NCBI GenBank assembly: GCA_011682535.1
Contig: JAACEL010000007.1
Location: 1-36,824 of the forward strand
Direction of reading: 5' to 3'
Source: Nitrospiraceae bacterium
Lineage (GTDB): Bacteria; Hydrogenedentota; Hydrogenedentia; Hydrogenedentales; SLHB01
DNA length: 36,824 bases
Shown in pieces: positions 8,128 to 16,129 of this stretch. The position numbers and the translations under genes are program-made. The notes under the pieces are model-generated. The model was not told the DNA's origin. It made no database searches and was given only the letters and a program-made list of their open reading frames with translations. Numbering within the stretch: the first letter of the stretch is position 1; each line of letters starts with the position of its first letter.

Positions 8128-9889
8128 CTGTGTCACGCACCAGCTTATCCAAGATAAGCTGTTCACGTTTGCGCAGCAGCGCCCCGGCCGGACCGAGGCT
8201 CCATCGATATAAAAACACCGATAGCGTCAGCGAAGCAGCGGATAGCAAGGATCCTACGGGCAGCCCCTGGTATCCGTAGCGCCAGCGCATAAACGGGTCC
8301 ACGAACATGCAGCCGGCGGTCGGCAGCATCAAGAGCAGTACCAGCACGAGGGATACGAGCGCGCCAAACAGCGTCATCGCGCGATTCGTCGTCGTCTTCA
8401 AACCCGACCACGCCATGCGGTAGGGAAAGTAGGCCGACACCAAGTTGCCCACCACACTGAACAGCAAGAACAGTTGGACGACGTGCATGCAGGCCATGAA
8501 AACGGCAGCCGGCGGAGGCTTCGTCACCAACACGCTCAGTACCAGTAAGGCGAAACTCAGTCCGGCCATCAGCGGGAACAACGCGGCATTCTTGCCCAGA
8601 AGATACTTGCGCCGCTCGGTGGGCAATAGTACAAGCGCACGAAACCCTTCGGGATCCACGCCGAAGACGTTGAAGAGTAGCATGCCGAAGTTCATGGCTG
8701 GCCACACGGTCACGAGAAAGGGCACGAGACTGTTCCGGACAAGAGAGGCCGAACCCGCGTCGCCAGGCTTGTATATCACGAGACAGATGAGGCCGAACAC
8801 AATCGGCATAAAGAGCATCATGTAGATGTTGGGCTGGCGCAGGTAACTCAGCAGCGACGACATGGCCATCGCCGAGGTGTCGTCGTCGAAAAACGGCAGC
8901 TTCCACTCCGTCCATGGCGGCTTCCGCAGCGCGGAGGACGCCGTCCCCCGCTCCGGCTTCGCCCCGGCGGCGCTGTTGACGCCGGCGTAGTAGCGGTAGG
9001 TCGAGCGATACCCCAGCGCGAGCCCGATGAACATTAAGATCCCGAGTCCCACTACCGGCGCCGCCACGCCCGCGGCGCGTCCCTCGGCCAGGGCACACAC
9101 TCCGTACGGAAGCCAGCCGAACGGCACCACTATATTGCCCCATCGCAATCGCGCCTCGGTCCGCTGCTGCCGCTCAGCCCGACGCTCGCCGCGAATCCGG
9201 CCCTGCTCCTCTTCTGACACACCGCTTTCGGCCAATGCCTTCTCCGCCGCGCGCGCGGCTTCCCGCTGCGGCTTCCACACGGTGTGCTGAAGGATGTTAG
9301 GAAGCTGAAAAAGGAGCACAAAGATCATCGGCAGAATCGTCAGCACCAGCCGGCGCCGTTTCTTGTTCTCCATCAGCGCGGACAGAACCCCGCGCACGTA
9401 ATAGGTCCACGAGGCGAGCGCCAGGTAGAAGAGTACCGCCAACGGTATGGCCAACAGCATGCGAGGCCCCAGATTCCACGCCAGTGCCCCGCACAACGCC
9501 AGCGTGGGTACGATGAACATGATCAAGGCAAACGAAAACAGGGATGCCACATAGTTCATCACGAACACCATGCGCATCGAGACGGGCAGATACAGCATCT
9601 TGCGGAAGTCGATGACCTCGGAACGTTGAAGCTCCATCAACAAAGCCATCGACCAGAATCCCAGGAAGACCACAATGGCTACGTCGCCCAGGACCAGGAG
9701 CGTCCACGCTTGGTCCGCCTCGACTTGGCCGGCGGTCACGACCAGCGCGACCGAGATGCCGATCGAGACGAGGAAGGCGAGCACGGCCATGATGGCGCCG
9801 ATGACAACGGAGGCCGCTTTCCCGGCGGTCATCGTGTTCTTGAGCAGTACGAAGCGAACGGCTATCAAGGCCGCGAACTGGTCACGCAT
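8123..9889 (-). CDS. Polytopic ABC exporter permease (ABC-2-like) with a charged cytoplasmic loop
   Basis: 588 aa with many hydrophobic segments. It overlaps the upstream ATPase gene by 8 nt (9882-9889), as is typical for ABC operons. Confidence 0.8.
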   Translation of the reverse strand: MRDQFAALIAVRFVLLKNTMTAGKAASVVIGAIMAVLAFLVSIGISVALVVTAGQVEADQAWTLLVLGDVAIVVFLGFWSMALLMELQRSEVIDFRKMLYLPVSMRMVFVMNYVASLFSFALIMFIVPTLALCGALAWNLGPRMLLAIPLAVLFYLALASWTYYVRGVLSALMENKKRRRLVLTILPMIFVLLFQLPNILQHTVWKPQREAARAAEKALAESGVSEEEQGRIRGERRAERQQRTEARLRWGNIVVPFGWLPYGVCALAEGRAAGVAAPVVGLGILMFIGLALGYRSTYRYYAGVNSAAGAKPERGTASSALRKPPWTEWKLPFFDDDTSAMAMSSLLSYLRQPNIYMMLFMPIVFGLICLVIYKPGDAGSASLVRNSLVPFLVTVWPAMNFGMLLFNVFGVDPEGFRALVLLPTERRKYLLGKNAALFPLMAGLSFALLVLSVLVTKPPPAAVFMACMHVVQLFLLFSVVGNLVSAYFPYRMAWSGLKTTTNRAMTLFGALVSLVLVLLLMLPTAGCMFVDPFMRWRYGYQGLPVGSLLSAASLTLSVFLYRWSLGPAGALLRKREQLILDKLVRDTE

Positions 9890-10649
9890 CGTGGTTTTCC
9901 CCGAGCCAGGAGAGCCCCACCGCGGCCTCCTCGGGTTCGCCCACGACTTCGACGAACGCCTGCTCCAACGTCCCCCCCGCCGCCAACTCGTCCAGCCGCG
10001 TCTCCGTCACGAGCTTGCCGTCCGCGATGATCCCTACGTGACTGCACAGTTTCTCGACAATCTCGAGGATGTGGGAGGTCAGGAAAATTGTCGAGCCACG
10101 CTGGACCATACGGTCGAGGACCGTGCGGATTGTGCGCGAGGCGATAGCGTCGATGCCCTCGAACGGCTCGTCGAGAAAGAGCAACTCGGGATCGTGAAGC
10201 AGGGCCGCCGCAATCGACAGCTTCTTCTTCATACCGTGGGAGAACTCGAGCACCAGCGTCTTGCCGGTGTCGTCGAGACCAAGCAGACTCAGCAATTCCT
10301 CGCGCCGCACCGTGTACACCGGCTTGGGCACGCGGTACATGCGCGCCATGAAGGTCAGGTATTCGCGGGCGGTGAGGTTCTGAAACAGGCACAGGTCTTC
10401 GGGTACGACACCGATGCGCTCCTTGATAGCCAACGCGTCACTTGCCAGATCGCGCCCCAATAAACGCGCCGAGCCGCTCGTCGGCGCCATCAATCCGGTC
10501 AGCATCTTGATCGTCGTCGACTTGCCCGCGCCGTTCGGGCCGAGGAAGCCGTAGAAACTCCCCCGCTCTACCCGCAAGTCCACGTGGTCCACGGCACACA
10601 GGTCGCCGAAGCGCTTCGTCAGGTCGAACGTCTCTACGCAGTATTCCAT
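9882..10649 (-). CDS. ABC transporter ATP-binding protein
   Basis: Walker A GPNGAGKST, signature-like FSHGMKKKL, Walker B LLFLDEP. I prefer the ATG at 10649 (MEYCVETFDLTKRFG). The track's 10685 start is a TTG. Confidence 0.9.
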   Translation of the reverse strand: MEYCVETFDLTKRFGDLCAVDHVDLRVERGSFYGFLGPNGAGKSTTIKMLTGLMAPTSGSARLLGRDLASDALAIKERIGVVPEDLCLFQNLTAREYLTFMARMYRVPKPVYTVRREELLSLLGLDDTGKTLVLEFSHGMKKKLSIAAALLHDPELLFLDEPFEGIDAIASRTIRTVLDRMVQRGSTIFLTSHILEIVEKLCSHVGIIADGKLVTETRLDELAAGGTLEQAFVEVVGEPEEAAVGLSWLGENHDA

Positions 10650-10691
10650 GCTCTGCTGTACCCCATGCACACCGCTTCTATTCAACGACCG

Positions 10692-11819
10692 TTATTCCCC
10701 TTGATTCTTGAGCGCCTCGTGGACTTCTTTGAGTTGCTGGCGGATGGGGATGTTCTGCGGACATTTCTCTTCGCATTCGCCGCATTCCGTGCAGGCGTCC
10801 GCGGACCGGTGGCCGTCGCGGTCGGACTTGAGCATCCCGGCGTACCGGTTGCGCGAGGAGTCCCACAGACCGTACAAGCGCGCCTCATTGTAGATGCCGA
10901 ACGCTCCGGGGATATCGACGCCGGCAGGGCACGGCAGGCAATAGCGGCAGCCAGTGCAGTAGAGATCGGCCATCTTCTTGAGGCGTTCCAGGTGTTCTGC
11001 GATGGCTTGGTTATCCGTCTCTGCCAAACTGACGCCATCGGAAGCGATGGCGAGGTTTTCCTCGACTTGTTCCATCGTGGACATGCCCGAGAGAGCGATG
11101 GCGACATTCGGGTTGGCGAGCACGAAACGCAGCGCCAGTTCGGGGGCGCTTTTGGCGCCTTCGGTCATTGTCGAGAGCACTTCGCTCGGCACGCCGAGGC
11201 GTCCGCCCCCCACGGGCCCCATTACGACCACGCCGATTCCCTTTTCGTGAGCCAGCGCGATACCTTCCTCGAGCTGCCGGTCAAGCAGGTTGTACTGCAA
11301 CGTGATCACCTCGGGATAACCGGAGTCGACCAAGTTCACCAGGGCCTCGTTGTTGGCATGGAACGAACAGCAGATGTACTTGATCATCCCCTGGTCACGC
11401 GCTTTTCGCATCCATTGGCTCATGGTCGGTTCCACGTGCTCCTGGTAGCTCTTCCAGTTGACCCCATGGTGGTTGTAGATATCGATGTAATCGACCTGGA
11501 GGCGATCGAGGCTGTTCTCGAGGTTCGTCCACCAGTCTTTTTCATCACCGCCGTAGTAGTGATTCTTGGTGGACAGCACCACCTTGTCGCGCCAGCCCTT
11601 GAGAGCCTCTCCCACGGCGCGTTCGCTGTCATGGTGGCAGTACATCACCGCCGTGTCGATGTAGTTGACGCCTGCCTCGAATGCGCGATGGATCATCGCG
11701 GTCGACTTCTCGCGATCGACACGGGCCTCCTCCCCCTCGCCCACCATCGGCAGGCGCATCGCGCCGAAGCCCAGTTGAGAAACACTGAGTCCGGTATTGC
11801 CAAGAATTCGGTAGATCAT
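10692..11819 (-). CDS. Aldo/keto reductase with C-terminal 4Fe-4S ferredoxin-type domain (COG1453-like)
   Basis: ATG at 11819 with AAGGAG upstream gives MIYRILGNTGLSVSQLGFGAMRL, a typical AKR N-terminus. Two Cys clusters are present: CTGCRYCLPCP and CTECGECEEKCP. Confidence 0.9.
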   Translation of the reverse strand: MIYRILGNTGLSVSQLGFGAMRLPMVGEGEEARVDREKSTAMIHRAFEAGVNYIDTAVMYCHHDSERAVGEALKGWRDKVVLSTKNHYYGGDEKDWWTNLENSLDRLQVDYIDIYNHHGVNWKSYQEHVEPTMSQWMRKARDQGMIKYICCSFHANNEALVNLVDSGYPEVITLQYNLLDRQLEEGIALAHEKGIGVVVMGPVGGGRLGVPSEVLSTMTEGAKSAPELALRFVLANPNVAIALSGMSTMEQVEENLAIASDGVSLAETDNQAIAEHLERLKKMADLYCTGCRYCLPCPAGVDIPGAFGIYNEARLYGLWDSSRNRYAGMLKSDRDGHRSADACTECGECEEKCPQNIPIRQQLKEVHEALKNQGE

Positions 11820-11863
11820 GCAATGCTCCTTACTTCGATTGCGCAGCCTGTTTCTTCCCCGGG

Positions 11864-11892
11864 ATTGTAGGCCCACGGACGACACGGATCAA
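11864..11892 (-). promoter_or_regulatory. Putative sigma70-type promoter TTGATC-N17-TACAAT for the AKR/ABC operon
   Basis: Read on the minus strand: -35 at 11887-11892, 17-nt spacer, -10 at 11864-11869. It lies about 45 nt upstream of the ATG at 11819. The -10 context GCCTACAATC is identical to that at 14270. Confidence 0.45.
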
Positions 11893-11898
11893 CGCCGG

Positions 11899-11914
11899 GT
11901 GGCGTATTGTGGCG
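11899..11914 (-). promoter_or_regulatory. Tandem direct repeat CGCCAC-AATA-CGCCAC (candidate operator), copy 1
   Basis: Two perfect hexamers on a 10-nt period, ending 6 nt upstream of the -35. Related copies lie at 14315-14330 and 36006-36021. Confidence 0.4.
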
Positions 11915-11957
11915 CGCCTGAAGTGCCTTGGTAGGTAAGGATCACGCGGAGCCACGC

Positions 11958-14234
11958 TCAAGGCATGGGCGTGGGCACGCTGAGGCGCAGCCAGTCGCCG
12001 GTGAGCGCAAGCAGCGGCTCGGGAACGGCTCGAGGCCAGTCCTGGAGTACGCCGTGCATGGCCCCGCCGGCGTCGCGCCACAAGGCGATGTCGACACGTT
12101 CGCCGAGTTCGATATGGAGGCCTCCACCTTGGAAACGCTTCAGCCCACCCGCGGCCAGGGCGTCCAATGCGCCCTCATCGTCGAGACGGACACCCACCAC
12201 GCCCACGGCGTCCACGGTAACGGCATGTCCGTCGACCTCGAACGCGGCCCGAATGGGATCCCCGGCCACGTCTTCGGCGCCGGATACGCGAATTACCGTC
12301 CCGTCGATCAGCCGGCACTCGCCCTGCGTGCCGGGGGCGGCGCTCGACCGGCCGAACTCGGTCATCATGCGTGTGGCCGGTGATTGCGGGCGCACGCCCA
12401 TTTCCCGCAGACGGTCAACCAGAGCCGCCGCGTCGTTCAACGTTTCCATCGCGGCGGGAAGCGCCCCCGCGCCGTCGAACGCGGCCGCCGCGTGGTCGCA
12501 GGCCCATTCACCCACGCGGTAGAGTGCCGTGCTTCCGCCCGCGGCCTTGGCAAACAAGGCGGCCGTCTCGGAACGCTCGAACTCGGGGTGGTACAACACG
12601 GCCGCGCGGTAGCGCTGCGGGCCGTACCTGAGAGTCCCATCGGCATCCACGCGCAACGAGCCGTTGTGTATCTCGCTGCTAGGAATGAGGTCGGCCGGAT
12701 AACCGGCTTGCCACAGGGCGTCGGTGAGCCCAATGCCCACGTCATCATACGAAGGCCCGGCCCAGTTCATGGCGCAGGCATGGCCGAACACGACGGCCAC
12801 CGGGCAGTCCAGCGGGGTACGCGTGATGAAGTTGAGCAAACGAACACGGCAATCCCCGCGCATCAAGCCGCCACGCAGTAACTCCGCATAGGCGTGATAC
12901 TCGGGATGGACGCCTTCGCGGGGGTAGAGCGGGTGATAGTCGATCCGCCCTCCGCCCAAGGCATGCGCCCAGACTTCGGTCCGGTAATCGCCCAGTTTGC
13001 GGGAGTAGTACATGTTGTACCAGACGGGGCTGTTCCATTTCTTGGCCAGAGCGGTACGTGCGCAATAGGGCGTCACTTCGTCCGTCTGCGCGAGGTCGCG
13101 GGTGGCCGTCCACCAGGACAGGCCGTTCTTCTTGAACTCGCGGGTGCCGGGATAGGGATACCATGTCGGGTGGGTGGCCACGATGGCCAATGGCCCGAAC
13201 ACGTCCTTCGTGGCGCGGTAGAAGGCGTCCTCGAGCGCGGCGTTGCGCTGGGTCGACATCTCCAGGAAGGTGTTGATCGCCGCCTGGCGATCGCGTTCCC
13301 TGCCCTGTTCGCCGAAGGTCATCAGCAGGCAATCGCGCACGAGATCGCCGCCCTGGGTACGTTCGGCATAGGCCTCGGCGCGGAAACGGGAGAACCAGTA
13401 GTCGTTCTTGTCGGGGCATCCGTCGAAACAGGGCGGGAACCCCCATTCGTCCTTGCACACACCGGCGAGTTCCGTATCGGCGTAGGACTCGATGATGCTG
13501 CGCTGGAACTGGACCAGGTGGGGCGCGAAGACGGCCGGAGTGAGATGGGTGAACGCCGCGGCGACACACGCCGTGCGGCCTGCGGTTTCCCCGCTACACG
13601 CTATAGATACACGCACTTCCTCCGCGTCCGCCCGGAGAACGGTGCATGCCGCGCCGGTGATGTCGCGCACACTGCCAGGCTCAATGCCGTCGGGGCCGCG
13701 CGTGTACGAGTAGACGCGCACCAAGCGTCCTGACAGCGGGATGTAGTGTTCTGTCGCGAAGGTGTAGTGATCGGAGAGGTCATCGCTGCCGATGCTGAAC
13801 TCGACCGCGCCCGTTCCGTTCAACGCGACTTCCCGCAGGCGTAACATCTCCTGCTGTTCGTCCGGGTGGGCCGCCAGAAAGGCCCGACGGGCCAAGCGCA
13901 CGTCCAGGTCCATGGCGACACGCATACCCAGCCGATTGGCATAGGCGGCCGCTTGCTTGATCTGCTCGTGCACGTCGGCACTCGTCACCTCGCGATTCGG
14001 CGCGCGCAAGGAGGCGGCCAGCACGTTGACGGCGGAGTGCTCGGCCATCATGTCAAGATAAGGTGCGAATCCGTTTGGCGCGAAATCACGCTCCCACCAG
14101 AACCACGCCGCGATCACGGGCAGAACGTCATCGGGCAGGCGTGAGGACACCGCCTGCTGCGCCGTGGCCGTGCCGGCCGCGGCCAACAATCCGAAAACAG
14201 CCACACCACCCAGAATCACCCATTCCCTGTACAC
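11958..14234 (-). CDS. Large secreted hypothetical protein (possibly carbohydrate-active; family not recognised)
   Basis: GTG start at 14234 with GGAGGG 8 nt upstream. Signal peptide MYREWVILGGVAVFGLLAAAGTATAQQ. Coding-like composition over 758 aa. I recognise no catalytic motif. Confidence 0.8.
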   Translation of the reverse strand: MYREWVILGGVAVFGLLAAAGTATAQQAVSSRLPDDVLPVIAAWFWWERDFAPNGFAPYLDMMAEHSAVNVLAASLRAPNREVTSADVHEQIKQAAAYANRLGMRVAMDLDVRLARRAFLAAHPDEQQEMLRLREVALNGTGAVEFSIGSDDLSDHYTFATEHYIPLSGRLVRVYSYTRGPDGIEPGSVRDITGAACTVLRADAEEVRVSIACSGETAGRTACVAAAFTHLTPAVFAPHLVQFQRSIIESYADTELAGVCKDEWGFPPCFDGCPDKNDYWFSRFRAEAYAERTQGGDLVRDCLLMTFGEQGRERDRQAAINTFLEMSTQRNAALEDAFYRATKDVFGPLAIVATHPTWYPYPGTREFKKNGLSWWTATRDLAQTDEVTPYCARTALAKKWNSPVWYNMYYSRKLGDYRTEVWAHALGGGRIDYHPLYPREGVHPEYHAYAELLRGGLMRGDCRVRLLNFITRTPLDCPVAVVFGHACAMNWAGPSYDDVGIGLTDALWQAGYPADLIPSSEIHNGSLRVDADGTLRYGPQRYRAAVLYHPEFERSETAALFAKAAGGSTALYRVGEWACDHAAAAFDGAGALPAAMETLNDAAALVDRLREMGVRPQSPATRMMTEFGRSSAAPGTQGECRLIDGTVIRVSGAEDVAGDPIRAAFEVDGHAVTVDAVGVVGVRLDDEGALDALAAGGLKRFQGGGLHIELGERVDIALWRDAGGAMHGVLQDWPRAVPEPLLALTGDWLRLSVPTPMP

Positions 14235-14269
14235 GCGCCACCCTCCAGAAGTGGTTCGTTTCCGTGGCG

Positions 14270-14298
14270 ATTGTAGGCATGTGCGACGGCCACGTCAA
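14270..14298 (-). promoter_or_regulatory. Putative sigma70-type promoter TTGACG-N17-TACAAT for the 758-aa gene
   Basis: Minus strand: -35 at 14293-14298, 17-nt spacer, -10 at 14270-14275. It lies about 36 nt upstream of the GTG at 14234. Confidence 0.45.
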
Positions 14299-14314
14299 CA
14301 CGCCCGAACATCGG

Positions 14315-14330
14315 GTGACGTATTGTGTCG
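14315..14330 (-). promoter_or_regulatory. Tandem direct repeat CGACAC-AATA-CGTCAC (candidate operator), copy 2
   Basis: Same architecture as copy 1 and the same CACAATACG core. It sits 16 nt upstream of the -35 and overlaps a possible + strand -35 (TTGTGT-N17-TACTAT) for the divergent lipoprotein gene. Confidence 0.35.
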
Positions 14331-14400
14331 GCGCGGTCGCGGTGGTACTATGGCGCTCACATGCAACGGCATCCGTGAAGGGAAACTTGAGGGGAATACG

Positions 14401-15225
14401 ATGGGGAACGCACGCACGCCGATCTTCGCGGTACTCGCACTCCTTATGCTCTGGACCACGGGTTGCGCCAACCTACCCGCCCTGCCGCGCACACAGGATC
14501 TGCGCGTGCGCGCCGAACGCGCACAAGGGGCCGTGCAAAGCGCGCTCGATTCGATGGACCTGGAGATGGCCCGAGCGGCCCGGCAGCTTGAGGGCATGGG
14601 ATTGGAGACGCCGGAGGCCCGGGCCATACTGGCCAAACTCTGCGCCGGCCGTCCTTACGTGGCCGGTTGCGCAACGGTGGACGCAAGCGGTGTGATTGTC
14701 GCCATCGAGCCCGCGACCTACGCCGAGTCTGAGGGGGCCAACATCAGCGAACAGGAGCAGGTCGTGCGTCTGCGCGCCACGGGTAGTCCGGTCCTGAGCG
14801 GAGCTTTCGTTGCCGTGGCGGGCTTCGGCGCCGTCGATCTCCAACACCCGGTGCGCAACGCGGCGGGCGAGATCGCCGGCTCGCTCAGCATGCTCATCCG
14901 CCCCGAGCGGTTCCTGGCGCAAGTGCTGGGCCCCTACGCCAAAGGAGACGACTGGGATTGCTGGGTGATGCAGCGCGACGGCATGATTCTGTACGAGCCC
15001 GACCCGGAGGAAGTCGGCCTGAACCTATTTACCTCGCCCTTGTACCGGGGGTTCGACGAGCTGCGAGCGCTTGCCCGGCGGGCGGCCGAGGAACCCGAGG
15101 GTTCGGGCCGGTACGACTTCTTCGCCGAGGATTTCAACTTCGTCAAGAGGAAACTGTGCTACTGGCAAACCGCCGGTCTGCACGGGACGGAATGGCGCGT
15201 TGCCGTGTCGCAGGTGGTGGAATGA
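14401..15225 (+). CDS. Probable lipoprotein with double Cache-like periplasmic ligand-binding fold and no transmitter domain
   Basis: I prefer the ATG at 14401 (MGNARTPIFAVLALLMLWTTGC, lipobox-like). The Cache-like pattern is PYVAGCATVDASGVIVAIEP ... ISEQEQV ... SGAFVAVAGFGAVDLQHPV ... GSLSMLI, followed by a second lobe WVMQRDGMILYEPD. The track's upstream extension from 14164 is Arg/Pro-rich. Confidence 0.7.
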   Translation: MGNARTPIFAVLALLMLWTTGCANLPALPRTQDLRVRAERAQGAVQSALDSMDLEMARAARQLEGMGLETPEARAILAKLCAGRPYVAGCATVDASGVIVAIEPATYAESEGANISEQEQVVRLRATGSPVLSGAFVAVAGFGAVDLQHPVRNAAGEIAGSLSMLIRPERFLAQVLGPYAKGDDWDCWVMQRDGMILYEPDPEEVGLNLFTSPLYRGFDELRALARRAAEEPEGSGRYDFFAEDFNFVKRKLCYWQTAGLHGTEWRVAVSQVVE

Positions 15226-15250
15226 GTCCGAACGAACGCCCCGTACAGCC

Positions 15251-15880
15251 ATGAACGAGCGTCCGCGCATCATCGCGATCGCCGGCCCCTCGTGCTCGGG
15301 CAAGACGGCCTTGGCCAACCACTTGGTGGAATCGCTGGCCGAACCGGGCGCCGCCCACTTGCCCCTCGACGCGTACTACCGCGATCTCACCGGCATGACC
15401 CCGGCGCAACGCGCCCGATGGAATTTCGACGATCCCGCGTCGCTGGAGAAAGCCCTTCTGATCGAACACTTTGCCGCCCTGACCAGCGGCGAGACCATCC
15501 ACCGCCCCGTCTATAACTTCGCCACGCATGCGCGCAAACCCTTGAGCGTCCTCCTTGCCCCCGCTCCGTTCATCGTCCTGGAGGGCATCTACGCCCTGTA
15601 CTGGCGGGAGGTCCGCGCGTTCCTCGACTTATCCGTCTTCATCAACCTCGACGACGCGACCTGTCTCGCCCGCAGGATTGTCCGTGACACTCACGAACGC
15701 CGACGCGCCGAGCAGTCCATACGAACCCAATACGCCCGAACCGTCCGCCCCATGTACGAACAGCACGTCGAACCCACGAAGCTGTTCGCCGACCTCCTGC
15801 TCGACGGACGCCAATCCACCGAGGAACTCGCCGTGCAGGTTCTATCGGCCCTGCACAGCGCCGATTCGCCCACCCCTTGA
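15251..15880 (+). CDS. udk: Uridine kinase (PRK/uridine kinase family)
   Basis: ATG at 15251. P-loop IIAIAGPSCSGKT. Family-typical RRIVRDTHERRRAEQSIRTQYARTVRPMYEQHVEPTKLFADLLL. Confidence 0.8.
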   Translation: MNERPRIIAIAGPSCSGKTALANHLVESLAEPGAAHLPLDAYYRDLTGMTPAQRARWNFDDPASLEKALLIEHFAALTSGETIHRPVYNFATHARKPLSVLLAPAPFIVLEGIYALYWREVRAFLDLSVFINLDDATCLARRIVRDTHERRRAEQSIRTQYARTVRPMYEQHVEPTKLFADLLLDGRQSTEELAVQVLSALHSADSPTP

Positions 15881-15979
15881 CATCGTTCCGGCCACCTCCT
15901 TACCATGCGCTTTGTTTCGAGAAGGCACTAACCCGGACAGCAGAATTGGCATCGACGGCATCGATTGAATCGGCTATGA

Positions 15980-15998
15980 GCCTGCGGAGGCCGCAGGC
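15980..15998 (+). terminator. Hairpin GCCTGCGG-AGG-CCGCAGGC about 100 nt downstream of udk (weak terminator candidate)
   Basis: Perfect 8-bp GC-rich stem (15980-15987 / 15991-15998). No following T-tract. Confidence 0.25.
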
Positions 15999-16129
15999 GG
16001 GTCTATATAGGAAATCTCGGGTCAAATGCCAATCAACGATAGTCATTATTTCAATCGCGTGCTGCGGCCTATACTTCCGCACCCGCCAACACTGATTGCA
16101 GTTGGTTGACCTGTGATCCAAAAGGGCCT

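Noticed and set aside
14164-14400. Upstream extensions of several track ORFs. Besides this one they are 3847-3948, 10650-10685, 11820-11885, 15071-15250, 18974-19258, 33229-33276, 35778-35819 and 36548-36577.
   Set aside because: In each case an internal ATG or GTG preceded by a GGAG-type SD starts a proper signal peptide or family-typical N-terminus. The extension is Arg/Pro/Gly-rich or uses a rare TTG or GTG start. A few, such as 16106 vs 16130 vs 16202 and 35036 vs 35015, remain genuinely ambiguous.
15865-15900. Short sequence matches between the two borders of the GC trough: GTTCCGGC at about 15885 and 22450, and CCCACCCCT at about 15868 and 22535. These were considered as possible att-like direct repeats.
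   Set aside because: The matches are only 8-9 nt long, lie in different relative order at the two ends, and are partly inside coding sequence. No integrase or tRNA is present. They are consistent with chance in GC-rich DNA.
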